Positions 51,598 to 61,446 of a stretch of 64,000 nucleotides of DNA are shown in pieces (within the stretch, counting starts at the first letter, position 1; the number at the start of each line of letters is the position of its first letter). The notes under the pieces are model-generated. The model saw nothing but the letters and a program-made list of their open reading frames with translations. It was not told the DNA's origin and made no database searches. The DNA is from Ignavibacteria bacterium (lineage in GTDB: Bacteria; Bacteroidota; Ignavibacteria; Kapaibacteriales; UBA2268). The stretch lies in NCBI GenBank assembly GCA_012518115.1, contig JAAYTD010000043.1, positions 25,211 to 89,210 on the forward strand, read 5' to 3'. The translations under genes and the position numbers were made by a program.

Positions 51598-53121
51598 TTA
51601 GGAATTTATCCCACCTACTGTCATCTTTTTTATTCGCAATGTCGGAGTTCCTGCGGTAACAGGAACAGATTGTCCGCTTTTTCCGCAAGTTCCCAAAAAG
51701 AAGTCCATATCATTGCCAACCATATCAATATCTTTCAAGATAACAGTATTTGTTCCTATAAGAGTTGCATTTTTCAGCGGTGCTGTAATTTTGCCGTTTT
51801 CTATTAAATAACCTAAGCTCAAAGAAAAAGTAAACTTACCTGTACCTTCAACCATTCCACCTTGATATGAAACAGCATAAAATCCTTTTTTCACGCTTTC
51901 TATTATTTCTTCAGGAGGAGTGTCGCCTTTAGCTAGTACTGTGTTAGTCATACGCGGAATTGGAACATGTTGATATGTTTCACGTCTTCCGTGAGCATTG
52001 CGTTTATGCCCTAAAGCATTAGCAGATATTTTATCGTTAATAAATCCTACGACTTTGCCTTTTTCCATCATTAAAGTCTTTTCCGTTAACATACCTTCGT
52101 CATCTATGTTCATACTACCACGATAGCCGGGAATAGTTCCATCTTCATAAATTGTTACTAATGGCGAAGCTATTGTTTGTCCCAACTTATCATGAATTGT
52201 TGATGTTTTTTTCCATATAAAATCTGCTTCAAAAGGATGACCAACCGCTTCATGAATCATCACGCCCGACTGTTTTTTATCAAGAACGACAGGCATTTCA
52301 CCTGCTGGTGCATTTCTTGCATCTAAAAGAATAATAGCTTCTTCAGCTGCTTTTTTCCCTAATTCTTGAGGCGAAGTATTTTGTTTGTAAAAATCAAATC
52401 CTATCCTGCCACCTGCATTTGCACGTCCCGTACCAAATACATCTCCTTTTTGTGCAGTTGCAGATACAACTAAACGGCACTGAGGACGAATATCTGAAAT
52501 TAACAAACCGTCACTATTAGCTATGGTTACATATTGCATTTCATCGGCAAGCGAAGCACTAACTTTCTTTATTTTGTTATCATATTTTAAAGCCGCATCA
52601 TGAGCATTACGTATCATTTCAATCTTTTGCGTCAGTTCCAAATCAGTTACAGGAGATTGCAAATCGTAATATGTTTTCTTAACTTGCTGTTCTTCTAAAT
52701 TTACAGTTTTCACCTTAGAATTACCAGTAGCTATTGTCGCAGCTGTTAAAGCAGCATTTTTTATACTTTCAAAAGTTAGTTCATTAGAAAAAGCATAACC
52801 GTAATTGTTGTTTTTTATAACTCTTATACCTACACCAAGTGAAATTACTTCAGAAGATCTTTTTATTAAACCTTCCTCCATAGCAACAGAATTACTTTGT
52901 GAATACTCAAAGAAAAATTCTGAAAAATCACCACCTTTTGAAAGTGCTATCAATAATAATTTTTGTATCTCTTCCTTAGAAAAACCGAAGTAAGAACTTA
53001 TTAAATTCTTGCCCGTTACATTCTTGCTTGGATTAGCTAGTAAAGTTTCTAACCAATAAGGAGAAGTCATTGCAATACCTAAACCTATTCCACAATTTTT
53101 AATAAATTTTCTACGATTCAT
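51598..53121 (-). CDS. tldD: TldD-family metalloprotease with Tat signal
   Basis: MNRRKFIK twin-arginine leader; GVGIRV, IHEAVGH.FEAD, IDDEG, PIPRMTNT, CGKSGQSVPV; ATG at 53121 preferred over TTG at 53145. Confidence 0.92.
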   Translation of the reverse strand: MNRRKFIKNCGIGLGIAMTSPYWLETLLANPSKNVTGKNLISSYFGFSKEEIQKLLLIALSKGGDFSEFFFEYSQSNSVAMEEGLIKRSSEVISLGVGIRVIKNNNYGYAFSNELTFESIKNAALTAATIATGNSKVKTVNLEEQQVKKTYYDLQSPVTDLELTQKIEMIRNAHDAALKYDNKIKKVSASLADEMQYVTIANSDGLLISDIRPQCRLVVSATAQKGDVFGTGRANAGGRIGFDFYKQNTSPQELGKKAAEEAIILLDARNAPAGEMPVVLDKKQSGVMIHEAVGHPFEADFIWKKTSTIHDKLGQTIASPLVTIYEDGTIPGYRGSMNIDDEGMLTEKTLMMEKGKVVGFINDKISANALGHKRNAHGRRETYQHVPIPRMTNTVLAKGDTPPEEIIESVKKGFYAVSYQGGMVEGTGKFTFSLSLGYLIENGKITAPLKNATLIGTNTVILKDIDMVGNDMDFFLGTCGKSGQSVPVTAGTPTLRIKKMTVGGINS

Positions 53122-53142
53122 AATAATTATTATGTTTTTTAT

Positions 53143-53163
53143 CAAAGTTATAACACAAAGTTA
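53143..53163 (-). promoter_or_regulatory. Two tandem TAACTTTG (-7) boxes upstream of tldD
   Basis: CAAAGTTA occurs at 53143-53150 and 53156-53163 on the plus strand. Confidence 0.45.
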
Positions 53164-53201
53164 ATATTTTTTTTTGAAAAAACATAGTATTATTACATTT
53201 T

Positions 53202-53618
53202 TTATTCGCCAATAATTTTAATTAGAACTCTTTTTTCACGCTTACCGTCAAATTCTCCATAAAAAATTTGCTCCCAAGTACCAAAATCAAGTTTGCCTTC
53301 CGTTATAGCACAAACAACTTCGCGACCCATAATAGTACGCTTTAAATGTGCATCAGCATTATCTTCATATCCATTGTGCCGATACTGTTCATAAGGTTTT
53401 TCGGGAGCTAAACGCTCTAAAAACTGCTCAAAATCATAATGCAAACCACTTTCATCATCGTTTATAAAAACACTAGCTGTAATGTTCATCGCATTTACGA
53501 GAACTAAACCTTCCTGAATACCGCTATCAATAATAGCTTTGCTTACCTCCGGAGTAATATTGACAAAAGCACGACGCGAAGGCAAATTGAACTTTAAAAC
53601 TTTTCTGTACGTTTTCAT
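53202..53618 (-). CDS. yjbQ: YjbQ/UPF0047 family protein
   Basis: [44 protein letters not shown]. Confidence 0.92.
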   Translation of the reverse strand: MKTYRKVLKFNLPSRRAFVNITPEVSKAIIDSGIQEGLVLVNAMNITASVFINDDESGLHYDFEQFLERLAPEKPYEQYRHNGYEDNADAHLKRTIMGREVVCAITEGKLDFGTWEQIFYGEFDGKREKRVLIKIIGE

Positions 53619-53754
53619 ATTTTTATTTTAAATTAAAAGTTAATTAAATACATAAAATTTACAAAATTTATGCCACTCTTTTTAACTATGAATATATGCT
53701 AATAATATGAAAAAATTGTATATTTGTATAAAAAAATTATAAAATTATTACTTT

Positions 53755-54789
53755 ATGAGAATTATTAAGATATTTTGTTTGATATTTCTACTTTTATATT
53801 CTTTTTCACTAATATCCAAAGAAAAAGAATATGAGTATTGGGGCGATAGCTATTTTGAAGGCAAAACTGATACTCTCAATAGCATAGATCTTGATTCTAT
53901 TCTCACAGACTATGACAAAAATTTCTCTATATTTAACATCTCAGCTGGCTTTTTTCCTAAGCCATATTTAGACTTTGCAATAAATTTTTCAGAAAGCGAC
54001 AATTTAGCTGATTATAATGTAGGAAATATAGCTCTAACAAACGAGATCTCTTACCTTAGCAATATTTTTTCTACAAAACCACCTGCAAAAAATTTCAATA
54101 ACAAAATAGAAGAAAAAGGAAAATTTTCTGATGAAAATAAATATAAATGGTATCAGAATCCACCAAACGCTACTTACTTTTTAAACTTAACATTTGAAAA
54201 ATCTTTTCCCGAGCTCCATACAATTTTAATCGGTAGCATTGGTTTTCGCAAAGATATATTAAAACTTTACTCACCTATTTATAAAAATTACTTTTCTCAA
54301 TATGATGGTAGTAAAAAGCAGTTTGAAGAATGCAATGTATTAGAGATTGAAGACAAAAGTGCTGTTGCTTCTATATCTATGCGCCATCCTATATATGGCT
54401 TTTCGTTTGGCAATGGCACTTTTTCCAGTTTTTATTACCTATCTTACGGAATATTATGTAGCTATTCTTTACACAACAATTTATATTCTTATAATTATAT
54501 CATATCTTCTGCAGAAGATGTACGATATAGCAATGGCGAAATCAAAGAATCGGTTCCTTACAAACCATTTTTGCCAACAATTGAAAAACTACGTTATGGC
54601 TGTATTGTTAGTTTAGGTTGGACAACCACGTTAGATAATGTAAGTATAGGATATGAATTAAAGTATTCTTATGCGTTGAACTCTTTTTTCAAAGAAGAAA
54701 ACATTAGACGAAGCAGTTTAAGTTTTTCAACTTATATAAACCTTACTGTGTTATTAAGGTTTTTTGAATTATTTATATTAAAAACATAA
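53755..54789 (+). CDS. Hypothetical exported protein, possibly an outer-membrane beta-barrel
   Basis: Signal peptide; Tyr/Phe/Ser-rich alternating strands in the C-terminal half; TATATTTG at 53719-53726 upstream. Confidence 0.5.
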   Translation: MRIIKIFCLIFLLLYSFSLISKEKEYEYWGDSYFEGKTDTLNSIDLDSILTDYDKNFSIFNISAGFFPKPYLDFAINFSESDNLADYNVGNIALTNEISYLSNIFSTKPPAKNFNNKIEEKGKFSDENKYKWYQNPPNATYFLNLTFEKSFPELHTILIGSIGFRKDILKLYSPIYKNYFSQYDGSKKQFEECNVLEIEDKSAVASISMRHPIYGFSFGNGTFSSFYYLSYGILCSYSLHNNLYSYNYIISSAEDVRYSNGEIKESVPYKPFLPTIEKLRYGCIVSLGWTTTLDNVSIGYELKYSYALNSFFKEENIRRSSLSFSTYINLTVLLRFFELFILKT

Positions 54790-54824
54790 AAAAAAAGTCC
54801 GAGCATTTATATTTTTGCTCGGAC
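54788..54824 (-). terminator. Terminator of the cyclophilin gene (between convergent genes)
   Basis: 9-bp stem GTCCGAGCA / TGCTCGGAC preceded by an A-run. Confidence 0.8.
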
Positions 54825-54856
54825 AATAAATTATGAAAAGAATATGTGAAAAGAAA

Positions 54857-55462
54857 CTATTTTTTCTTAACTATTTTCATAGTTATTGTTTCTTTTGGAG
54901 CGTCCATTGGACCGCACGGAGTATTAGCTATTGAATCTACAACTTCCATTCCCTCAAGAACTTGTCCGTATATTGAGTATTGTTTATCAAGATGCGGTGC
55001 GTCAGCATGCATAATAAAAAACTGTGAAGTTGCACTATTTACATCGCCACCTTTTCTAGCTGCCGATAGTATTCCGCGTTTATGCTTCAAATCGCTAAAC
55101 TCAGCATCAACAGTTTTTTGATCAGGATGTCCTAACCCCCAAGTTGATCTATTATTTGGACTTGTTTTAGTATTAGGGTCGCCACCTTGAATCATAAATC
55201 CCTTTATTACTCTGTGAAAAGCAGTTCCATCATAAAAACCACTTGTAACTAAGCTATCAAAATTTGCTGAATGCTTAGGAGCAACATCAGGAAAAGTTTC
55301 TAAAATAATCTTACCCAACTCTTTACCTGACTGCATAACTGTTAATACATACTTTGGTCTATCCATTTTTTTCCCTTCATTTCCACTCTTTTTTCTATCT
55401 GCACTACATGAGGAGATAAGAGAAAAGAATAAAATTAAAATTGTTATAAATCTCATTCTCAT
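54857..55462 (-). CDS. Cyclophilin-type peptidyl-prolyl isomerase, lipoprotein
   Basis: Lipobox ISSC; APKH..NF, FYDGTAFHRVIKGFMIQGGDP, SATSQFFI, HLD.QYSIYGQV. Confidence 0.93.
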   Translation of the reverse strand: MRMRFITILILFFSLISSCSADRKKSGNEGKKMDRPKYVLTVMQSGKELGKIILETFPDVAPKHSANFDSLVTSGFYDGTAFHRVIKGFMIQGGDPNTKTSPNNRSTWGLGHPDQKTVDAEFSDLKHKRGILSAARKGGDVNSATSQFFIMHADAPHLDKQYSIYGQVLEGMEVVDSIANTPCGPMDAPKETITMKIVKKK

Positions 55463-55563
55463 TTTAATAAAATAACTTTAATTTTACAAAAACATTATTT
55501 AATTTTTAGCGACTAATGCTTAATTTGAAACAACTCTTGGTATATATAAAATACCACTACGTA

Positions 55564-56037
55564 TCACCCATTTTTTATCAACAGGATCTTTTTAAGTGTC
55601 CTTTGGATAATCACAAATAAATCTTCTGATACTCCTTCTTTCGAAACTACTTTTAGCGGAACACCAAAAATAATGTTAGCAAGTGTGGCATAATCATCAA
55701 GTTCTACATAAATATCTTGAATCTCGCCATATTCCATAACAGTATAGTTTTCCCATTGGTTTTTAATAGTTTCTTTAAAGGCAGCCATATCTTTCGACAT
55801 TTCACCTTTATCACTACCAAAGAAAGTAACTTCTTTGTCAAGCGTTTGAACCATACCAGCCCAATTTCTGTCATTATTAGCTTTGTTATAAGCTTTAATA
55901 ACGTCAGTAATCATCTCAACTTCCTTCTTTCTTTGCTCATCTGTAAGCAAATCGTGCTCACCGCCAGAGCCGTCGCCACCGCAACTTGTTAGGAATAATG
56001 GAAAAAGCAATGCTAAAATAATTAATTTAATTTTCAT
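55564..56037 (-). CDS. SnoaL/NTF2-like lipoprotein, probably frameshifted near the 3' end
   Basis: Lipobox LTSC; helix + DKEVTFFGSD..E pattern; the alternative frame continues KKDPVDKKWVIRSGILYIPRVVSN* to 55520. Confidence 0.6.
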   Translation of the reverse strand: MKIKLIILALLFPLFLTSCGGDGSGGEHDLLTDEQRKKEVEMITDVIKAYNKANNDRNWAGMVQTLDKEVTFFGSDKGEMSKDMAAFKETIKNQWENYTVMEYGEIQDIYVELDDYATLANIIFGVPLKVVSKEGVSEDLFVIIQRTLKKILLIKNG

Positions 56038-56112
56038 TTGGAACCTCTAAATTTTTTGTTGAAAATATATTGATTTTATAATTGTAATATTATTTTCGAA
56101 ACTATAAAATAA

Positions 56113-56401
56113 TTAATTTTTCAAGATGTTGAAATTATCTGTTAAAATTGTTTCTTTTTTTCTAAAAATTGCAATCAATATAGCTAAACCTATAGCTGCT
56201 TCGGCAGCTATTACTGCCATAACAAATAAAACAAGAGCTTGTCCTGAAACATTATCTAAAGCAACAGCACACCTACTGTACCTTAGCAAACAAAAGAGCA
56301 GATAAAATTAAATCATATTCTGGTTTTAGTAGTATCGTCAATAACGTACTGACTACCGCAAATGTCAATAAAATATGACACAAAATATAGTTTAATTCCA
56401 T
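56113..56401 (-). pseudogene. nuoK: Degraded NADH-quinone oxidoreductase nuoK, with a possible nuoJ 5' remnant
   Basis: Manual minus-strand translation: SGQALVLFVMAVIAAEAAIGLAILIAIFRKKETILTDNFNILKN* (NuoK C-terminal half); upstream pieces EYDLILSALLFA and GTVGVLL lie in other frames with stops; NuoK TM2 is absent. Confidence 0.85.
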
Positions 56402-56582
56402 TTTAATTAATTATTGTATAAAAATACATTTAAATTTATGAAATATTTAGCAAAATACCAAACTTTTTCTTGTGTTAATTCAATATTTTTTTGTTTAATA
56501 TAAAAATATGAATATAAATTAATAATTTTTTCGTATTTTAATAAAAATTTATATAAGGTAAAAAGAAAATTACAAATTAAAT

Positions 56583-57185
56583 ATGAAATTTATCAATATT
56601 ATTTTTATTTTATCCTGCTTAATTCTATTACCTATAGAACTAAAAGCACAAGAATATCAAACGATTTCACAACAAGAAATACATCAAAAAATAAACGAAC
56701 TAAAACAAAGTAATTTCAAAGATACTCTGCTTTTCTCGCTTATTGGTTTTTTTCGCACAGAAAAAATCCGTTTTTCTAATATAACAGAAAATACAATTTA
56801 TGTTGATGAAAAAGGCATCTATTATCAACTAAATCTAGATGATGATTTCGGAAATACTACAATAAGTTGTACCTTTTTTAAACCACATATTCACCTTGTT
56901 CCGCCCGATACTATCGACAAAACTATTCAAGTTCTCTCCATTATGAATGAACATATATGTTGTTGTAAAGCAATAGTAGGCTATCCTATAATACAAAAAA
57001 TAGGTAAAAAATTTATATGTGGAAATGAAGTAAAATCTGAGGAAGAAGCAGAAAATTACTCTATAGATTGCTCTAATTTCCAAGGTATGGAAGAACTTAT
57101 AAATAAATATTTTAATAAAGGATTAGAGTGGCAAAACCGAATTAAAACAAAAAAAGAATTGCAAATTTTAGAACTTACAGAATAA
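56583..57185 (+). CDS. Hypothetical secreted protein
   Basis: Signal peptide ending LKA-Q; no family recognised; contains CCC. Confidence 0.65.
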   Translation: MKFINIIFILSCLILLPIELKAQEYQTISQQEIHQKINELKQSNFKDTLLFSLIGFFRTEKIRFSNITENTIYVDEKGIYYQLNLDDDFGNTTISCTFFKPHIHLVPPDTIDKTIQVLSIMNEHICCCKAIVGYPIIQKIGKKFICGNEVKSEEEAENYSIDCSNFQGMEELINKYFNKGLEWQNRIKTKKELQILELTE

Positions 57186-57408
57186 ATAATAAAACAATAA
57201 AAGAAGACATAATAAACACAAATTAGATTGTGTTATTAAAACATCAAAAATTAACAAAAATATTCTAAAAAGATAACTATAATACTAAAGAATTAATTGT
57301 TTGTAAAAAAATTGGTATAGAAAATGCTAATAAAACTAATGTTAATTATAAAAACATGTGTTTTAACGATTAATTTGTTAATTATTTTAGTAAAAAATCT
57401 TAGAAATT

Positions 57409-60400
57409 ATGATTAAGTTATTAAAACTAAAAGAGATATCCTATATTTTAAAAATACTCGTTGCTATATTGTTTGTATTTTTCTTAAATACAAGCACTTA
57501 TCTATTTGCACAAGTTCCTGCAAATCCTGCTAGTTGGCATTTCCCTGATGGCAACAAAGAGGCGACAAAATATGTTCCTTTTAGATCAAAAGAGCAACAA
57601 CTTGATTCTTTTAAAATAAAATGGAGCTCTAATTATATTTTTGGTGATGTTCAGCCACTTATTGGTAATATTATACACAACAACAGAATTATTGATGATC
57701 CTGAAGCGTTTCCATTTTCACCAAACGAAATAGCAGCGGTTATTGGCGATAATTTGATAATATTAAATGGCGCTGGTAAAGTTTTAGCTAATTATGAACT
57801 TGTAGATAACAATAGAAATGGCATCGGTATTCTTGGCGTTTCTGCTTTGTTGGATACTAATTCTAATTCATTTACTCCATATAATTCTGCGCGTACTTTG
57901 GTTCTCGGTTTTGAAACTATTGAATCTAAGCGTCCCGATAGCTTAGCTGTAGCTTATCTTGGTGGTTGGAATCATACTAGCACTAACGAAGGAAATTTCG
58001 GTATTTTACGCCGTATAGCACTTAATTTAAAATCCGATTATTTACCTAATGTATCGGCATCTTTAAAACCTATTTATGCAAGAAAAAGAATTGCAAATGA
58101 ATATAATAACAATCCGGGATATGCAATTTACGCAACAGTAAATATGTCTAAGCCTACTATTTCTAATTCAAATACTTCAGGACGAGCATTTTATCGTGGC
58201 TTAGCTACATTTAATTTGCATGATGCTAATATAGGTTATCCATTGCCTGACGAAAGTGATGAATATTACAATCGTATGCATATCGGTCCGCAAGTTTCAT
58301 TTGCTCAACCGTCTATATCAAATTTCCAAGATACAGATAACGCTATACTTTTGCCTTGTCTGCCAACAGCAACTTCAAATAATGAAATTGTTGAAAACAC
58401 ATTTCCAAATGAAGCTTATATCTTATGTTACGATATAACAGACGAAGCAAATAGCGAAAAATTTATTTATTCTTTAACTGAAGAAGTTGATACAAGACCA
58501 AGAATTAGAAATTACTATCTTGAGCTAAATGATGCTGGTGCTGAAGAAGAAGGCGTGCAAGAATACTTTTTGATGACAACAGAATACAATGGTATAGAAG
58601 GCGCAGAAGGTTCTCGCGGTCGTCCGGGTTTGTTTTTATATAGTAGTGACGGCACACAACTTTATGATTTAGATGATATAGATAGATCGGCACATCCATT
58701 CTTTGGAACTAAGGACCACTATTGGTCTGTTGCAACTGGAAATGTGGACGGCAGATCATCTAACGAATGGCTTCCTTGTTATCCTAATAATCCGGGCAAC
58801 GAAATTATAGTAACGCAATCTACTCGCGATTTTGCTTATCCCGCTAGTAAACTTATGGTATTAAGATATAGAACAGGTATCCCTGTTCCTAAAGCTTCAC
58901 CTCCGGGCGAAAATTTACGTCATTTAGACACAATTTGCACAGGAACTATAAAAGGCTGGGTTGCTGCGGTAAATGATCTCGATGGAAAAGACGGAAAAGA
59001 CGAAATAGTTATCGTAGGTGGAACAGATTTAAAAGTGTTACGAATGAGGGATTACACAAGTGTAGAGTTTCGTTCGGGAAATCATTTTGATACAGTATTT
59101 ACCTATACATTCCCAAATCAAACTATTACCGCAACAGCTATATCTGATGTAGATGGCGACGGATTAAACGATATTATCGTTACAACTAACGAAGGTTTAT
59201 ACGTGTTAGGCACCCCTTTAACTCGCACAATAGCTATTAAAGAACTAAAAGAAACTAATCCTGACGGTTACCAAATAGATTATTGCTTTGGAGATACATT
59301 AAATATAACATGGACGAACATCATTGAAGGAAACAACTCTGTAGATATCTACTTAAAGCTTTATAAAGACGGCAAAGTTATGTCGCCTGATTCATTGATA
59401 ATTTTAGAAAAAGACTATCCGAACTCTAATGATACAATGACTTACAGAATTGTTATTGATACAAATTTTGCAGGACTTGAAGGACAAATTATTGTGAGAA
59501 GTACTTTAAATCCTTATAAAAATGCAGATACAACGGCTTACTTAAAATTTAATAGACCTCAAATCAACTTTAATTCAGGTGATTTCAACGTAATTTACAG
59601 TGGGGAAAATATTAATGTTCAAGGAAATGCGATATGTGCTGATTCGGTAGGATTACTTTATAGCTTTGACGGAATAGAATGGACAGAAATTGGGAAAACT
59701 CATATTGACTCTTTAACCGGAAGATTTGAACTAATTACACAAATGCCATGTTTAGCACAACTTTTTAGCTGTGATATATTAAAAGGAGATACAACAATTT
59801 TAGGAAAAATTATATATAAGAAAAATCTATTGGTAGATTCAAGTGATGTATTTCCTATGACAATAAAACCGGCAAGATTACCGATTATTATTGAGCCTTG
59901 CCAAACAGTATGTCCTTCGCGAACAATTACATGGAAAATTCCTGAAGGACAAGATTCATTATCAAATTTAATAGTATTATTATCTGAAGATTTAGGTGAA
60001 AGCTTTATACAAGTCGGTTCAGTACCCATTACAAACGAAAAATATATTTGGAATGTACCGACAAATATGAAAGATACTATTCTTTTACGTTTTTGTGGAA
60101 CAGAAACTTGTTTAAGAACAGATACATTGATTTGGAATTATAAACCACATTATATCAAAACAGTAGCTCCTAATCCTATGAAAGTTCCGCAAGAAGTTGA
60201 AATTGTATATGTAATCAATGAAGATGTTAAAGTAAAAATGCATATAATAAACCAAGCAAATAAGATAGTCAGAGTACTAGTGAATAATGAAGAGAGAAAA
60301 GCAGGTTTTGCATATTGTGAAAGATGGAACGGAAGATTAAACGATCAAACAATTGTTGCTAACGGTATGTATTACGTATACTTAGAATTATCTAATGGTG

Positions 60401-60435
60401 CTACTGAAGTTTATCCGATATTTGTAAGAAACTAA
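57409..60435 (+). CDS. Secreted FG-GAP-repeat protein with T9SS-type / FlgD-like C-terminus
   Basis: Signal peptide ending LFA-Q; GNVDG, NDLDGKDGKDEIVI, SDVDGDGLNDIIV repeats; APNP...WNGR....VANGMYYV C-terminus. Confidence 0.75.
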   Translation: MIKLLKLKEISYILKILVAILFVFFLNTSTYLFAQVPANPASWHFPDGNKEATKYVPFRSKEQQLDSFKIKWSSNYIFGDVQPLIGNIIHNNRIIDDPEAFPFSPNEIAAVIGDNLIILNGAGKVLANYELVDNNRNGIGILGVSALLDTNSNSFTPYNSARTLVLGFETIESKRPDSLAVAYLGGWNHTSTNEGNFGILRRIALNLKSDYLPNVSASLKPIYARKRIANEYNNNPGYAIYATVNMSKPTISNSNTSGRAFYRGLATFNLHDANIGYPLPDESDEYYNRMHIGPQVSFAQPSISNFQDTDNAILLPCLPTATSNNEIVENTFPNEAYILCYDITDEANSEKFIYSLTEEVDTRPRIRNYYLELNDAGAEEEGVQEYFLMTTEYNGIEGAEGSRGRPGLFLYSSDGTQLYDLDDIDRSAHPFFGTKDHYWSVATGNVDGRSSNEWLPCYPNNPGNEIIVTQSTRDFAYPASKLMVLRYRTGIPVPKASPPGENLRHLDTICTGTIKGWVAAVNDLDGKDGKDEIVIVGGTDLKVLRMRDYTSVEFRSGNHFDTVFTYTFPNQTITATAISDVDGDGLNDIIVTTNEGLYVLGTPLTRTIAIKELKETNPDGYQIDYCFGDTLNITWTNIIEGNNSVDIYLKLYKDGKVMSPDSLIILEKDYPNSNDTMTYRIVIDTNFAGLEGQIIVRSTLNPYKNADTTAYLKFNRPQINFNSGDFNVIYSGENINVQGNAICADSVGLLYSFDGIEWTEIGKTHIDSLTGRFELITQMPCLAQLFSCDILKGDTTILGKIIYKKNLLVDSSDVFPMTIKPARLPIIIEPCQTVCPSRTITWKIPEGQDSLSNLIVLLSEDLGESFIQVGSVPITNEKYIWNVPTNMKDTILLRFCGTETCLRTDTLIWNYKPHYIKTVAPNPMKVPQEVEIVYVINEDVKVKMHIINQANKIVRVLVNNEERKAGFAYCERWNGRLNDQTIVANGMYYVYLELSNGATEVYPIFVRN

Positions 60436-60468
60436 TTAGCTCTATGTATTAATTTGTCTAAGAAAAAA

Positions 60469-61197
60469 ATGAAATTACTAGTTATAGAAGATGATAAAAG
60501 AATTGCAAAATATCTTAAACGTGGACTAGAAAAAGAAGGGTTTGAAGTAACAGAATGTTACGACGGCGCTGAAGGACTAAAACTCGCAACAAAAGGTCGC
60601 TACGATTTAATAATAGTAGATGTTTTATTGCCAAACATGGACGGTTTTACAGTCATTACTAAAATTCGTGAAGCCGAAATACATATACCTATAATAACCT
60701 TAACTTCACAAAGCTCACTACAAGATAAAGTAACCGGATTGTCTGTCGGAGCAGATGATTACGTAACTAAGCCATTTACTTTTCAAGAACTAATAGCTAG
60801 AATAAACGCTCTATTAAGACGAGCATCAGTTCATACGGCATCTAAACTGTTTTTAGGAAATATCACACTAAACACAGCTTCGCGCATAGCATATAAAAAT
60901 AATAAAAAAATAATCTTAACCAGAAAAGAATATCTACTACTTGAATATTTTATGAAAAACCCAGATAAAATATTAAGCAGACAAGATATTATTGATAATG
61001 TATGGAAAGCCCATTCTTCTGGAAAATATGACATAGCTTCTAATATTATTGATGTATATGTAAAAAAAATAAGGACAAAAATAGAAGGTAATGATGAAAA
61101 TCCAAACCCAAGCATAGAAAGTATAAGAGGAGTTGGATATAAATTAAAAGTACGAATTGAAGAAGAAGAAGACAAAGAAAATCAAGAAGAAGATTAA
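60469..61197 (+). CDS. OmpR-family response regulator
   Basis: MKLLVIEDD, DLIIVDVLLP..DG, GADDYVTKPF, LTRKEY.LL, NIIDVYV..IR.KI, IRGVGY; ATG at 60469 (TTG at 60454 alternative). Confidence 0.93.
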   Translation: MKLLVIEDDKRIAKYLKRGLEKEGFEVTECYDGAEGLKLATKGRYDLIIVDVLLPNMDGFTVITKIREAEIHIPIITLTSQSSLQDKVTGLSVGADDYVTKPFTFQELIARINALLRRASVHTASKLFLGNITLNTASRIAYKNNKKIILTRKEYLLLEYFMKNPDKILSRQDIIDNVWKAHSSGKYDIASNIIDVYVKKIRTKIEGNDENPNPSIESIRGVGYKLKVRIEEEEDKENQEED

Positions 61198-61220
61198 GAG
61201 AATAAACAGAATATTTTTAC

Positions 61221-61258
61221 ACTGCTATAGTATCCATCTACATATAGCAGTTTTTTTT
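61221..61258 (+). terminator. Rho-independent terminator after the response regulator
   Basis: 9-bp stem ACTGCTATA / TATAGCAGT followed by a T-run. Confidence 0.8.
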
Positions 61259-61446
61259 GCCTAAAACCAACAATTTATAATTCTAACTTTTTATTATTCT
61301 AAGTTTGTATAATATAACTCTAACATATTATATATTTTAAAAAATCATTTGATAGTAATTTTTATATGAAAATTTCGTATTTTAGTAAGTTACACAAAAA
61401 GCATTTTTTAGAACTCATTTATACTGATTTTTTATACTTATTATAT

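Noticed and set aside
53202-53618. YjbQ Asn in place of the usual His (MNITAS) as inactivation
   Set aside because: The rest of the protein is intact and I recall this variant in other family members; cannot support loss of function
55564-55566. TGA as selenocysteine or recoded stop
   Set aside because: The plausible continuation is in a different frame, no SECIS-like hairpin seen, and other genes end normally at TGA
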